Shown here: positions 1 to 12,074 of the stretch, piece after piece
How positions within the stretch are numbered: position 1 is the first letter of the stretch
Layout: each line of letters begins with the position of its first letter
The notes under the pieces: generated by a model
Databases searched by the model: none
Seen by the model: the letters and a program-made list of their open reading frames with translations, nothing else
Told to the model about the DNA's origin: nothing
Program-made: the position numbers and the translations under genes
Assembly: GCA_001938485.1 (NCBI GenBank)
Contig: MQRK01179601.1
Coordinates: 1 to 60,645 of the forward strand
Direction of reading: 5' to 3'
Length of the DNA stretch: 60,645 nt
DNA from: Girardia tigrina
Taxonomy: Eukaryota

Positions 1-1230
1 TCTTTTGTGTATACCAAGATATCATCTAAGTATACAGTGGCACCCTTGATTCCTCCGACTACCTTTGTCATCATCTCTTGGAAAGTTCCCGGTGCAGCCG
101 CTATACCAAACGGCATACGGGTAAAACAATACTGTCCTTGCTTTGTAGAAAAGGCCGTTTTCTCTTGAGATTCTTCGTCCAGCTCAACCTGATAATAAGC
201 ATTTCCAAGGTCAATCGAGCTAAAATACTTTGCACCTCCNNNNNNNNNNNNNNNNNNNNNNNNNNNNNNNNNNNNNNNNNNNNNNNNNNNNNNNNNNNNN
301 NNNNNNNNNNNNNNNNNNNNNNNNNNNNNNNNNNNNNNNNNNNNNNNNNNNNNNNNNNNNGTTCCAAGGTGAATTACACTTCCGAATGATATTATTATCA
401 TACAAATTCTTTATAGTCTCCATGATTTTTTCTTCGAGATGCATTGGTTGATGAAAAGGTTTTAAATTAATTGGCTCTCAATTCGTCTTAATATGATGTT
501 TTGCTAAACTGGTACATCCGATATCCCATTTGTCAGCCATGAATACTTCTGCCTGATTTTGAATGACCTCTAATAGTTTTGAATCTACTTTACCTATGCA
601 ATCTAACGCTCTTTTTAATCTCTCTCCTGTCCTTATCACCCTGCCGAATTTCGCCTCGATGTTACACACACTTCCACGTGCTTCCCTTGATGCATTATTG
701 TCTAGAGGTTCGTTCCTTTGTATGGAATAACCGAAAATTTTCATGAAGACTTTACCTTCTATCAGTTCTGGAACCACACTCTCCACAACAATAAATGTTA
801 CTGCTTTCCTTGTCTGACATATATCTACTTCTACCTCTATTTTACCCAATACATTCAATTTTCCATCGTTGGCACCTCTCAAATTGATATCGCATTTTTC
901 TAACACCAAATTATTTAAATCTTGATAATACTTCTTACTCATAACATTAACACCTGCTCCTGTGTCCAACAAACACTCCCACTGTTTCCCCTGAATTTCC
1001 ACTGTAACGCTCGGACGCCCCTGCATTTTACTATAACATATCTCTGATTTCTGATCCTCAATCAACGCATTAACATAGAATATTTGCTCAAAATTATTTT
1101 TCACAAATCCATAGACCTTATTCATCGTTCGCACATCCAGCTCGCATCCGAATCCGTGGGAATTATCTTCTAAGATCAGTGGCACTCGGCTCCCACCAAC
1201 TCCCCAATTGGCAGAGCCCAGTCGTTTGGG
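1..1230 (-). pseudogene. pol: Gypsy pol (aspartic protease plus N-terminal RT), with a nonsense mutation
   Basis: ORF 478..1185 contains LLDTGA. It continues through a TGA into PINLKPFHQPMHLEEKI...CNSPWN and YLDD. Confidence 0.93.
1188..1230 (-). promoter_or_regulatory. putative -1 ribosomal frameshift signal between gag and pol
   Basis: Slippery heptamer C CCA AAC (1230-1224), a 5-nt spacer, then hairpin GGCTCTGCCAATT-GGGG-AGTTGGTGGGAGCC. A -1 shift enters the pol frame (KRLGSANWGVGGSRVPLILED). Confidence 0.75.
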
Positions 1231-2140
1231 TACGTCTTATCGTTTTTTTCTTCATTATCATCAAATGTGCGTTCTTCATCTTCGTTCATCGTGTTGATTT
1301 TAAATTTTCGATCATTATCCTGCATTCTCGATCTCCCATTGTCGTAACCATAATTCTGTCTGCTAGAGTTCACTAAACATGCCGCTGCTAGATGCCCATT
1401 CCGGCCACATTTTTCACATCGTATCTCTGGACATTGAGNNNNNNNNNNNNNNNNNNNNNNNNNNNNNNNNNNNNNNNNNNNNNNNNNNNNNNNNNNNNNN
1501 NNNNNNNNNNNNNNNNNNNNNNNNNNNNNNNNNNNNNNNNNNNNNNNNNNNNNNNNNNNNNNNNNNNNNNNNNNNNNNNNNNNNNNNNNNNNNNNNNNNN
1601 NNNNNNNNNNNNNNNNNNNNNNNNNNNNNNNNNNNNNNNNNNNNNNNNNNNNNNNNNNNNNNNNNNNNNNNNNNNNNNNNNNNNNNNNNNNNNNNNNNNN
1701 NNNNNNNNNNNNNNNNNNNNNNNNNNNNNNNNNNNNNNNNNNNNNNNNNNNNNNNNNNNNNNNNNNNNNNNNNNNNNNNNNNNNNNNNNNNNNNNNNNNN
1801 NNNNNNNNNNNNNNNNNNNNNNNNNNNNNNNNNNNNNNNNNNNNNNNNNNNNNNNNNNNNNNNNNNNNNNNNNNNNNNNNNNNNNNNNNNNNNNNNNNNN
1901 NNNNNNNNNNNNNNNNNNNNNNNNNNNNTAGCCGATCCTCAAAATTATCAGCTTTACCAGCTGTGTTCTCATATGCTTCCAAGAGATCTTCATGTATCAT
2001 GGAGTAAATACATGTTTGCCATTTCTTTTGATTAATTTCCGCTGCTTAAAAATATCTTCTGCAGCGAGAAATAAATTTCTCAAGGTCTTCTCCGATCTGG
2101 AACATGTCGGGAATCAGTCGGTTCGTGATTGAATCCGCTA

Positions 2141-2152
2141 GCGCTGCCACCA
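2141..2152 (-). promoter_or_regulatory. primer-binding site (TGGTGGCAGCGC, tRNA-Leu-like)
   Basis: Abuts the LTR terminal CA; TGGTGGCAGCG is a common Gypsy PBS. Confidence 0.75.
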
Positions 2153-2562
2153 TGTTAGGATGGGAAATATCTTCCATTCTAAATCAAAACAAATTAACAA
2201 CTTGCAAAAATTTATTAATCTACAACAGTTTAAATTTGTTATTTAAACAAATTAATTTTTTTATTTTCTTTTTTTTTATTTCAATTTTCTATTATTTTTT
2301 TAATTTTGATTATAATTCGAAATTTTTAAAAACCAAAATTCTTATTTCTGAAAATTAAAAAATTAACAATAACACTCTCTTACAGAGTCAAAGTTCAACT
2401 CCACGTCCTTCACCCTGCACGCTCGGGACCTATCTTACACCTAAATGAGGATAGTCGAGTTTGAATATCCTCACAACTTTCACTGAAGGTCTCGGGCATA
2501 TGGGCGTCGGGTATGGAGAAGGGTTTCCTGCGGATTCTGCGGCCAAAGTCGCTGGCGTAACA
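2153..2562 (-). repeat. 5' LTR (~410 bp) of the Gypsy element
   Basis: Begins TGTTACG at 2562 and ends TAACA at 2153 (5-bp terminal inverted repeat). It is immediately followed by a TGG-initiated PBS. Confidence 0.75.
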
Positions 2563-5035
2563 CTATAATCGCGTGATATAATTTAAAGACAGCACCCAAA
2601 TCAATACACTTCATTCATACACAATTGAATATAAACCTCATAATAATAATAATTATTATCATATGAAATATGTTATTTAAATAATAAAATATTTTTTTCA
2701 TTACTTTATTAAATTATTTTATAAAATATAGATTTATAAAGTAACAGTTGAAAATACAAAATTCTAGTAATTAATTTTTGAATTTTAATTCTACTTATAA
2801 TATATAAATAATATATCTTGAATAAAAAAATTTTCCGATCATTATTTTACAGTCAAAGAATGAATATTTAATCAAAATATTTTATTTCTTCTGTAAAAGA
2901 TTCAATTTATATTTTTACAATTTCTGATTTTTTTCATTAAGATTATTGACATCAAAATTATTTATCGAAATTCGTATAAAGATAACCGACATTCAACTAA
3001 TTTTATTTAAACACAAAAATGGAAATGCTTTGATAAATAAAATACATAATCATTATTTATTTATATTTAAATTTCATTCAAAATACATTTTCGAAATCGA
3101 AAACAAATATTTTTAAAAGCAGATAAGGTGTTTTATTTTTAAACTAAGAGATTTTTTTTCTCTTTTAAAAGATTATAACTGATTAAAACAATAAAATTAA
3201 TTTATTAATAATATTGTCAATTTGTTCATTTAATCGTAATTTTAAAATGATTTTCTTGACTGTGGATAAGATTAAAAGGTATTTTGTAAATGCAATCATT
3301 AATAAACATATTTAATTAATTTTGTTTTTTAATGAAATAAATAGCTCTAAAAACAAGCAAAACGTTTTTTACATTTGTTTTAATTAAAGCTATTGATGTT
3401 AAATTTTAATTTTTTCTTCTTAAAAAAAGAAAAAAAATGTATAAATAAACAATAAAACTTTACTTTTATAACAAAAGTTATCCATTTCAAAAAGTCATCT
3501 TAAAGTCATTAATTAATAATTTAATTCACCTGTATGCAAATGCAAAATATTATTATGTAATCGATTGCATGAAATCACACTAATCAAAAATTCTCAATAT
3601 TAACAACATCACAATTTGAATGCAAACATTTATTTACAACACAAACATATTCTTCACAACAATTTTCAGTGGTCATCTTTCTTTGATTAATATAGTTTTT
3701 GATCAAATATTCAAATATGAAAAAATCAATGAATGGGGAAATTTTAATATATTTTAATTTCTCATAATTTTTATTGGATAAAAAGACATTATGTAATTTT
3801 TTAAATAAACATTAATTTTTAAAATATATTATATTTAATAAGTTAAAATCGTTTACTGAAAATATTATTAAAATTCATAATTATCAAACTTTAATTAATT
3901 AGTACTTTAATTTAATATCATTAAATTAATTTCATTAGATTCAAATAATTAATCAAATAACATATCAATCCCATCTGAGTAGGAGAGTCACAAATCTAAA
4001 CAGCATACAAACAACAAACTTACAACATTCAAAATTATCCCTCACACTGAATAAACTGGTTGAGACTGCCGATTGAATATTGATTTTAGGGTAACGTGAC
4101 CTAATAAACAATGTTTCTCACGACACCTTGGCCATTTTAAACATATTGATTGGATGGTATTAGCTCCCCCAGTCAAAGACAAAAGTTATAAATCAGGGGT
4201 AATTTAGAAATAATCAAAAATCCAAACCTATCTTTAAAACTGCCTTTCTATTTTTACGATCATAACCTGATTTTGTTGCAACAACAGAAAATTTAGCCTT
4301 CGCTGTAGTATCAGAAAATTCACCACAAATACACGCCTTGACTCATTTTCAACAGAAGAATCCATTATCAGTACTTATCACGATACTTCGGTATGGTAAA
4401 GGAGTAAATAATTGAATGCAAAATAGTAAGTAGAAAATAAAGTGATCACGTGGAAACATATATGTTGGTACCAGATGAAGTGAAACGTAAAAGACGATAT
4501 GTGAAATGTAGAACGTGAGCAAAGTTCGAGAGTGTAGCTTGTAAGTTTGCTCGCAATGTCGTTGTATACTTGGTTCATGGCTGCCGTGCAGATACAACTG
4601 TAAAAGTGAAGGCTGTAATTGATCATCTTGACTCAAACCCCCTTAAGGAAACTGAGCATCATGAAGATTTAGAATTGCAGTGGAAAACCCAGTACTCGCT
4701 TCACTTTTTGGTGAAATGTTTGCAAAAGTACCATGCGGAAGTTGTGGAGTTTCTTATTTCACACACCGTGGACGTTTATAACAACAGATAATTCTGTTTC
4801 CTTTTTTAATTTCCCAAAAAATATTTAAAATAACCATTCTGATAACCATTTATAATAACCATTCTTATTTAACAAAACAACTTTATTTATTAGGACTTTG
4901 AGAAAAGGATTTGAGAAAAGTTGCAGACAATGAGCAAGAAAGTGAACCAATACTTTTATTCTGTTTACAAATAAACTTGAAAAATGATGGCAAGTTTTTA
5001 TTATAAACAAATAACCGCCATTAAAAATATATTTT

Positions 5036-5078
5036 ATAATAATATATTTCGACGGTTTAACCGTCATCATCAGATCAC
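5036..5078 (-). ncRNA. minimal type I hammerhead ribozyme (Penelope-associated), possibly degenerate
   Basis: Reads gtgat-CTGATGA-T-GACGG(ttaaa)CCGTC-GAAA-TATA-TT-attat: conserved core, 5-bp stem II, palindromic mini stem III, and a stem I with G-U pairs. It lies ~80 nt after the PLE stop codon. Confidence 0.7.
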
Positions 5079-5157
5079 TGATTATGTTCTTTTTTATTAC
5101 TTTTATATAAGAAATGATTGATTATGTAATCACTTGCGGAAGTCTAATCGAAAACTC

Positions 5158-5934
5158 TTAACAAATTAGTTGAGAATATATTTGAACATTGATTTTTGGA
5201 TCACATGATCTTATCAACAATGCTTCACATGACACTCTCTCCCAATAATTTTTAAAATGCTTGCACAAAATCTTAAAATCATTTATGCTCATATTACATT
5301 TACACGTTTTTTTATGCTCAGCAATATTACTCTTCCCCCCTTTTTGACTGTGTTCTTGGACTCGTTTGCAGAGATGACGGGCAGTCTCTCCGATGTATAT
5401 GGCCTTGTACCCATTACATGTGTATTGATAAACAATGTCCGAACACAATCCTAAAGGAGTATATGATTTATTGCAAAACATATTCTCAACTTTAAATGAT
5501 TGAGAAATAATTTTTAAATTTAAAATATTATTTGTTGATTTCAAGATCGAATTCTTGGGGTGTTTAAAACCCTCGGAGTAAGGTAAGCTTAGAGTATACC
5601 CAGGTGTAAAGCAGTTTTCAATGTTTAAACTATTAATTTGTTCATTATTGATTTTTTCTTTTTCAATTATTTTATGTACAGTCTCACGAGTTAGTCTGTC
5701 TATGATGCACTTAGAGTAACCGTTATTATTCAATAACTTGCTCAATGCATCAATACTTTTAATAGATTTTGAAAACGTGGAAGAAAGAGACCAAGAGCGG
5801 TATAACAAACCTTTGATCATTTTCCTTTTATATTTAAACTCACAAAAACTGTTTATGGAGGTGTAATTTATTCTGTTTCTTTTATAATTCGGTTCACAAA
5901 AATGAAAAATGTTTAAAACACTTAGTCTGGTCAT
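5158..5934 (-). pseudogene. Penelope-like ORF C-terminus (RT thumb plus GIY-YIG endonuclease), 5'-truncated
   Basis: VY...YIGET...R..EH GIY-YIG signature and LLNNNGYS thumb motif. Confidence 0.92.
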
Positions 5935-7680
5935 CCTGCTAAAGAATAATACAATTTTTTATCAATAAATACGATTTTTGTAAATTAAATTACTAAATGT
6001 ATGTGGTTAGATGAATGCAAATAAAGTAAGTAAAAATAATTTAAATCTTCATAAATTAATAACTATCAATATTAACTAAAAATAAATATTCCACAGAGTT
6101 TTCAGTATTTTTTCAAGCTAAATAATCTCAATTTTCAATTATCTAAAATAATACTTATCGTATAAAATTTATTTAGAATGAAAAATGTAGAAAAAATATT
6201 TATTTTATCAGACGCTTGTCAGGTATAATGTCTGAACCTTAACAATATTTCCTGGGACGAACTATTTTCATCTACAATATCCGACTGAAAAGGATAAAAA
6301 TATTATATATAATTCATCAACATTAATACAATCCTAATAATTTATATTTCATAAATTTACTTTTTTATTTACTACTAAATTGAGAAATTAGTCATCGATT
6401 ACGGTTAAATTTTCACATGTTTAGGAGATGAGATAACCTAGTAAATCAAAAAATTAAATTTTTTATAACTATTCTTTGTGCAGACAGAACTTTACTTTGC
6501 CAACAAAGTTTTTAAAATTTAAAAAAATTAACATTAAAAAGATTTTAATTAAGAAAACATTATAAAAATTAATGTAAACTACTTATAATTTATAAGTAAA
6601 TATCTTGCAATTAATATTGTTCTGGAACTCCGAAATTTCCATTTTTTTCCATTTTGGGATCTTAAAAAGTTTTTTACTATCAAATTTTTACATAATCATT
6701 TCTTATATATATACCTATAAAGCAGGTAAGCTAATAAAAAGAATGGAATAAATAAATAAGATAAGTAAAAATAAATCATGAAATTTTGTGATGAGAATTT
6801 TAATTGAAATTCTTGATTAAAAAGAATTTTTTGTGAATTTTGTTGTAAAAAAATTTTTGAATACAAGATTTTTGACGAATAATTTACTAAAAGTTACAAT
6901 AATGAAATTGAACAATAAAACAGTAATTCGTTTTGTATAATTAATTTAATCGAGTATAACTTTGAACAGCCTTATATAAGCGAGAAAAAACAGATAAAAA
7001 TTTAAATCTTAAAAGAAACGTTGAAAAATTATAAAAAATTATTAGAAATTCAAGTGATTTGAATTTTCAATGGATCGTTGATTTCATTCCCGAACGTTAT
7101 AATAATGTCAATAATAATTTGAAGTACGATTATTGCCGTTCAAAAGATCGAGTTTTCTCTCGGTCTTTCTGATTCTAAATTGAAATATCTCTGTCCGATG
7201 ACACCAAAACCTTGTTTACCAGTTGTTATGTGGTTGTGTAAGTTCCGTTTGAATTTTTACGTCAACCACAGTGATTTTCTTTAATTCATTGACAACTCAG
7301 AGACCTCAAACTATTAAAAAAAGAAATTATGCAAAACGAATAAAAATAATTGCAAATGATTTATCAATCACGTAATTTAATTTATTATAAATCTTTACTT
7401 TATCAAAGATAAAGCATCGCTTCATCTGAGTAGGTACTTGAACTGAAAAAACTATTGCGGATCAACAGAAAATTTCCAGGAAACGCTTTGAGGTGCTGTG
7501 TGATTTACCCTTTCAGCAACTCACAAGTGTATTGAACGTAATCTTTTCAATCATTTATAGGGCGTCTGTTGCATACCTTGCAGTTTTCAATGTCCTATAC
7601 TTTAGAAAGTTTCGGAAAAAATGTATAATTCTAGGGTTTTATGTCTCTTTTGATTATGCCATATGCACCTGCGATGTTTA

Positions 7681-7975
7681 CCAGGTTGAGTAAAAAAGTA
7701 AATAATATTTAAACAAATTTTTATGACACTGATTATATTATTCCTCGAAATACAGTCTATCATGTTCAATATCTTGAAGCTATCTTTCTATAAATTGCTC
7801 GATCTCATGGAAAAACCATGCATTAGTCATCGAGGCAAAAAAATCAGCGATTCCATTTTTGATCTCTTCCTCTGAAGCACAGTGTCTCCCTGATAAAAAG
7901 TGTGAGAGAGACTGAAATAGATGATAATCGGAAGGATCAAAGTCCGGGCTATACTCTGGGTAGAGAAAGACTTCG
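7681..7975 (-). mobile_element. mariner 3'-end fragment with TIR
   Basis: Minus-strand YPEYSPDFDPSDYHLFQSLSHFLSG...LYFEE*, followed by TIR-like AGGTTGAGTAAAAAAGTA at ~7683. Confidence 0.85.
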
Positions 7976-8413
7976 ATGCGTTGTAGTTCCTGAAGTTATA
8001 CACATAAAAATTTGTGTGTATAAAAATTTCAGTTTTTAACATTATCTTTGTTTGAAATTTGATAAATCACAAAAAAGTTAAAACTTATTATTGAATAAAT
8101 TCTAAAATTCTTCTCTAAAATATATAAAAAAATATATACAAATTGAAAAAATTGCAGTATTGTTTTACTGCATCAATTATAATAATTTGTAATTGGAAAT
8201 AATAATAAAATTTTTAAAAGGTGATTTGGGTTTTCGTTTATGCATTGAATTCGAAATCGAAAATTTGAAAACAAAATTTAAAAATGGCTAACTACTAAAT
8301 ACTTGCATACTTTTGAACAGCCAAAGAACGACCATTCTAATTACAATGTCATCAGATCCTATTTAAGGAATTTTAGCACATAATTTTAATGTGAAGTTTG
8401 AATATTAATTTTT

Positions 8414-8881
8414 GGGGGCACAACATTTAAGTCTCGGAAATTAAAATTTTAAAAAATGAAAAATCGGGTACATTTTAGAAAAAATTAAAAATTCAAGTAA
8501 AATTTAGAAAAAAATGAAAAATTCTAGTAAAATTTTGAAAAAAATGAAAATTTTATAAAATTTTAGAAAAAAATTTATATATATTAAAATATAAATAATA
8601 AAATAAAATATAAACATAATTATAAATATAAAGAAACTATAAATATTATTTTTTGGCTATGAGAATTAGTTAATTTTCATTTCGCTTATCGAGATTTAAA
8701 TAATTAAATACTATTTAAGATTAAAATCAAATTAAAAACTTTAAGGTAAATATTTTAAATAATACTTTAAAATTAAAATTTTCATTTTTTTCTAAAATTT
8801 ACTTGAATTTTTTTTCTAAATTTTTCCTGAATTTTTCATTTTTTAAATGTTTAATTTCCGAGACCCTAAAGTCGTGCTCCC
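8414..8881. mobile_element. foldback/MITE (MULE-like) with long TIRs built of ~30-bp subterminal repeats
   Basis: GGGGGCACAAC...GTCTCGGAAATTAAA at the left is mirrored by TTTAATTTCCGAGAC...GTCGTGCTCCC at the right. Arms exceed 100 bp; flanks TAATTTTT / TAATTTTC resemble a TSD. Confidence 0.8.
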
Positions 8882-9797
8882 TAATTTTCAAATCTATTGA
8901 TCTTATCATCAATGTTTCATACATGACTCTTCCAACCATTTTTAAATCGATAATATAAAATTTGATTTTCAAAATTCCTTTTTTCTACTTTTATTGTGTA
9001 ATATTTTTTAAAATATCAACAACTTTGACAATTGGACTTAGCCATGAACAACCTTTTGAACAATTAAGACTGGCTACTTATGATCACCAACAGGTAAATG
9101 AGAAGTACAATCACGAACGTTAGTTGACTGCAATCACGGAGGCTGATGGCTCAATTTTTGTTTTACTTCATAAATATTAGTAAAATTTAATTTTTTTAAT
9201 AATGACTAATTAAATAAAAATATTTACATCAACAAAAATTAGAATTGACAAATGCGTCGTTGGCAGTCGGTGATTGACTCAGACGGAATTACAGGCTGGT
9301 AGTCTCTGGTATAAATGTCATAGACATTTTCGGAGAAACGCACACATTTTCAAAAAAAATTGATACATATTCTGACGACGTTTCAACGATAACGACAAGA
9401 CCACAAAAGGAACCACTTTAAATGAAGTTATTGAGACCAAATTTGAGAGACGAACATTTGATCCACACGAAATTTTGGGAACGATAGCGTCGGAGAAAAT
9501 CTAACCTTCCAAATAGTTCTCGAGATTCCGAGCGATCGCCGAGACACATTCTTCCGGATCCAGTTTCTCACCGCAGGGAACGAAGTTAATTTAACATGTA
9601 ATTTCACGACGAGTTCAATATATGTATTATAGAATAATTTTGTTTTTTCTACATATTCATTTAATAAATCAATAAAGTATATAACTTTTTAGCTTATAAC
9701 CTTTTTTAAGGTCAAGGAGTCGTTAATTTTCCCAATCGTCGCCTTTATTGTCGTCTCAATATGATACACCAAATTGAATTGTGAGAGAAGAAGCATG

Positions 9798-10566
9798 CAT
9801 TATTCTAAGCTTTTTTCTCAACTGCACATTCTTCAACTTTATATGGAGATCTCTATATCTATAGATTTCATAGAATGAGGTACCTGGAAACATTTGTCTT
9901 TGATAATTGGCATTTTATTTATGCCACATTAATACATTATAAATGAAATTTAAAATTTTTATATCAGGCCTTTGTTTCAATAAAATATAATATGGATATG
10001 GTTGCGTTTTAATGAATCAAACAATTTAAACTTTTAAGCGCAACTGATTGAATTACTCACTTCTCGTGTCCTTAACTTGCATATACGTATCTAAGTATTA
10101 CTGAGTGAGTGAGTGTCACTCTCCAAGTAAGTCTTACGAAAATTACATTAGATTACCTTGTATTTAAATTTTTTAATGATTGGAATTTTGATTTTGTAGA
10201 TGTCACTGCCTAAGCGCCGTAAAACAATGTAAGAAGGCAATCAAAGCATTATTAATTTAATTATTAAGCATTATTAATCATTGTGAAGATATGTAAGGCG
10301 ATGGATCCGAGAATTCGACGGCAATAAAACAATGAGTCTTTTAATGATGGACATTTTTGCAGTTGCTTCTCTATGTATGTGTGTGTGTACAGAATATATG
10401 TTGTATTATACACTGGTTACCAACAACAATTGATTCCTATTTTCATTAAAATACGTTGTTAGAAATGGGATAGTCGATCGATGAATAACACGTTGCTAAT
10501 TTTTCAACTGCACAAAACACTTTCTCAACTACACATTTTTGTCTCAACTACATGTTAGAATAATGC
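9798..10566. mobile_element. non-autonomous DNA transposon with 12-bp TIRs (superfamily uncertain, possibly Merlin or Harbinger)
   Basis: GCATTATTCTAA ... TTAGAATAATGC, with subterminal TCAACT(G/A)CACA direct repeats near both ends. Confidence 0.55.
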
Positions 10567-11045
10567 CTGAGAGGAAGTGAGATTAAATCCCATAGAGAGC
10601 GAAAATCGGTGCTTCGAGGGTAAATACGAAGAGAACTCGTATGACACAGTTATTGGTGAGGCAGCTACAGTGACAGATTTTCAGTACTAATATGAGTCAA
10701 AACAATGACGAAAGAATAACTAAATATTGACCAACTTGTATTTGTAGGCTATTTGGCGAATTACGGATTGAATTGATTTCTTTAAAATGAATTTAAAAGG
10801 AATTACGAGAAGTAGTTGAAAATCATCTTATAATTATAAACGATTAAACGAGCTGTGAGTTGAACTGCTGATGTAAGTTGGTATAAAATAAATGAAGGAT
10901 TTAATTGATCATTTGGAGTGCCTTTGTAAAAATAAATTGAAAGTCGAAATTAATTTAAAGAGACGGTGAGATTATTCAGAAAGCTGTGATATTCACTAAT
11001 TGAATCATTGATGACAATTGTAAATAACTGTGTAAACAAGTATAT

Positions 11046-11048
<3 letters not shown>

Positions 11049-11085
<37 letters not shown>

Positions 11086-11290
11086 CTATATATTATATAT
11101 AAGTATATATTACTATATGTATATTACTATAATTGATAACGATTGTAAATAGTTGAATTAAAAAATGATTAAAAATGATGTCATGTTACTACTATAAATC
11201 AATAAAACTTTAGTTTCTAAATGGCTTTATTTATTGATGAATGATTTGATTAATAAATATCTTTATAAATTAAATGAGTAAATACTGACA

Positions 11291-11329
<39 letters not shown>

Positions 11330-11379
11330 NNNNNNNNNNNNNNNNNNNNNNNNNNNNNNNNNNNNNNNNNNNNNNNNNN

Positions 11380-11422
<43 letters not shown>
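11049..11422. repeat. (TA)n microsatellites (11049-11082; 11295-11422 spanning an N gap)
   Basis: Direct observation. Confidence 0.95.
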
Positions 11423-11425
<3 letters not shown>

Positions 11426-11579
11426 AATTAAATGAATGACAATACTTTATGGTAAGTGCTGAATTGAGTTCCTAAATAATAATCGTTGTAGATAATGAAT
11501 AAACCATGGGGATGATAAATTTATAGATAGTAAATTAATAAACTATAATCTTTTAGTAATTTGGTATAAATACACTGAA

Positions 11580-12074
11580 ATAAAATGCTCGACTAAAAAC
11601 AGAATGGCAATGCCGCAAATTATACCGACATAAGTGAGGCATGCAAGAAACAGAGCGACACATTTATACATAACAAGTACGAGAATTAAAATAATGTTTT
11701 ACATTTAGAATTATGCTATAAAAGTACCAGAGCAGAGTAAAACAATTTAGACACTCACGAAGGGTGCATGCTCAGAGAAGACAAACAAGCCACACAACAT
11801 AAGAGACGCACGCGTAAAAGAAACAGATAATAAATTAACAGAATAAATCGAGAATCACCGAATAGTATTAAAATCAGCCCTGAGCGGCGCTGAGCTAGTT
11901 TGGGGGGCCATAGTTTTTCTCAACTAAGTAAAACCCGATGGCACTCCAAATCTGGCATTACTAGTTAGATGTCAGGTGAGGGAGATGCGTCCGACCACCT
12001 TATAAAATAAACACATAAAATTAAATGAGAGATGTATTGGGTTGTGATTGACCCTTTATAACATCTGGGGGCTC
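11580..12074 (+). mobile_element. LTR relic ending in a tRNA-Pro-type PBS
   Basis: TATAACA-TC-TGGGGGCTC at 12057-12074 (LTR terminal CA, then PBS-Pro), with TATAAAA and AATAAA motifs upstream. The left boundary is uncertain. Confidence 0.5.

Larger units (their letters stand above)
1176..2153 (-). pseudogene. gag: Gypsy gag (frameshifted, partly in an N gap)
   Basis: Reads MVAALADSITNRLIPDMFQIGEDLEKFISRCRRYF, frameshift, then MIHEDLLEAYE, with a CX2CX4HX4C knuckle after the gap. Confidence 0.85.
1..2562 (-). mobile_element. Ty3/Gypsy LTR retrotransposon, 5' half (5' LTR, PBS, gag, protease, RT); defective copy running off the window edge
   Basis: The minus strand reads LTR TGTTA...TAACA, PBS TGGTGGCAGCGC, gag with CCHC knuckle CEKCGRNGHLAAAC, protease LLDTGA, then RT motifs SPWN, RMPFGIAAAPGTFQ and YLDDILVY (1-120). 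There is an in-frame TGA at 478-480 and a 1-bp frameshift in gag near 2047. Confidence 0.95.
4040..5934 (-). mobile_element. Penelope-like retroelement, partial tandem array (3' ORF end, pLTR with ribozyme, then an internally deleted second copy)
   Basis: ORF 5158..5934 has the GIY-YIG motif DIVYQYTC...YIGETARHLCKRVQEH and EALLIRSCDPKINVQ. Downstream degenerate pieces KAVLKIGLDF (N-terminal PLE motif, ~4215-4250) and ETLFIRSRYPKINIQ (~4070-4120) indicate a second copy. Confidence 0.85.
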
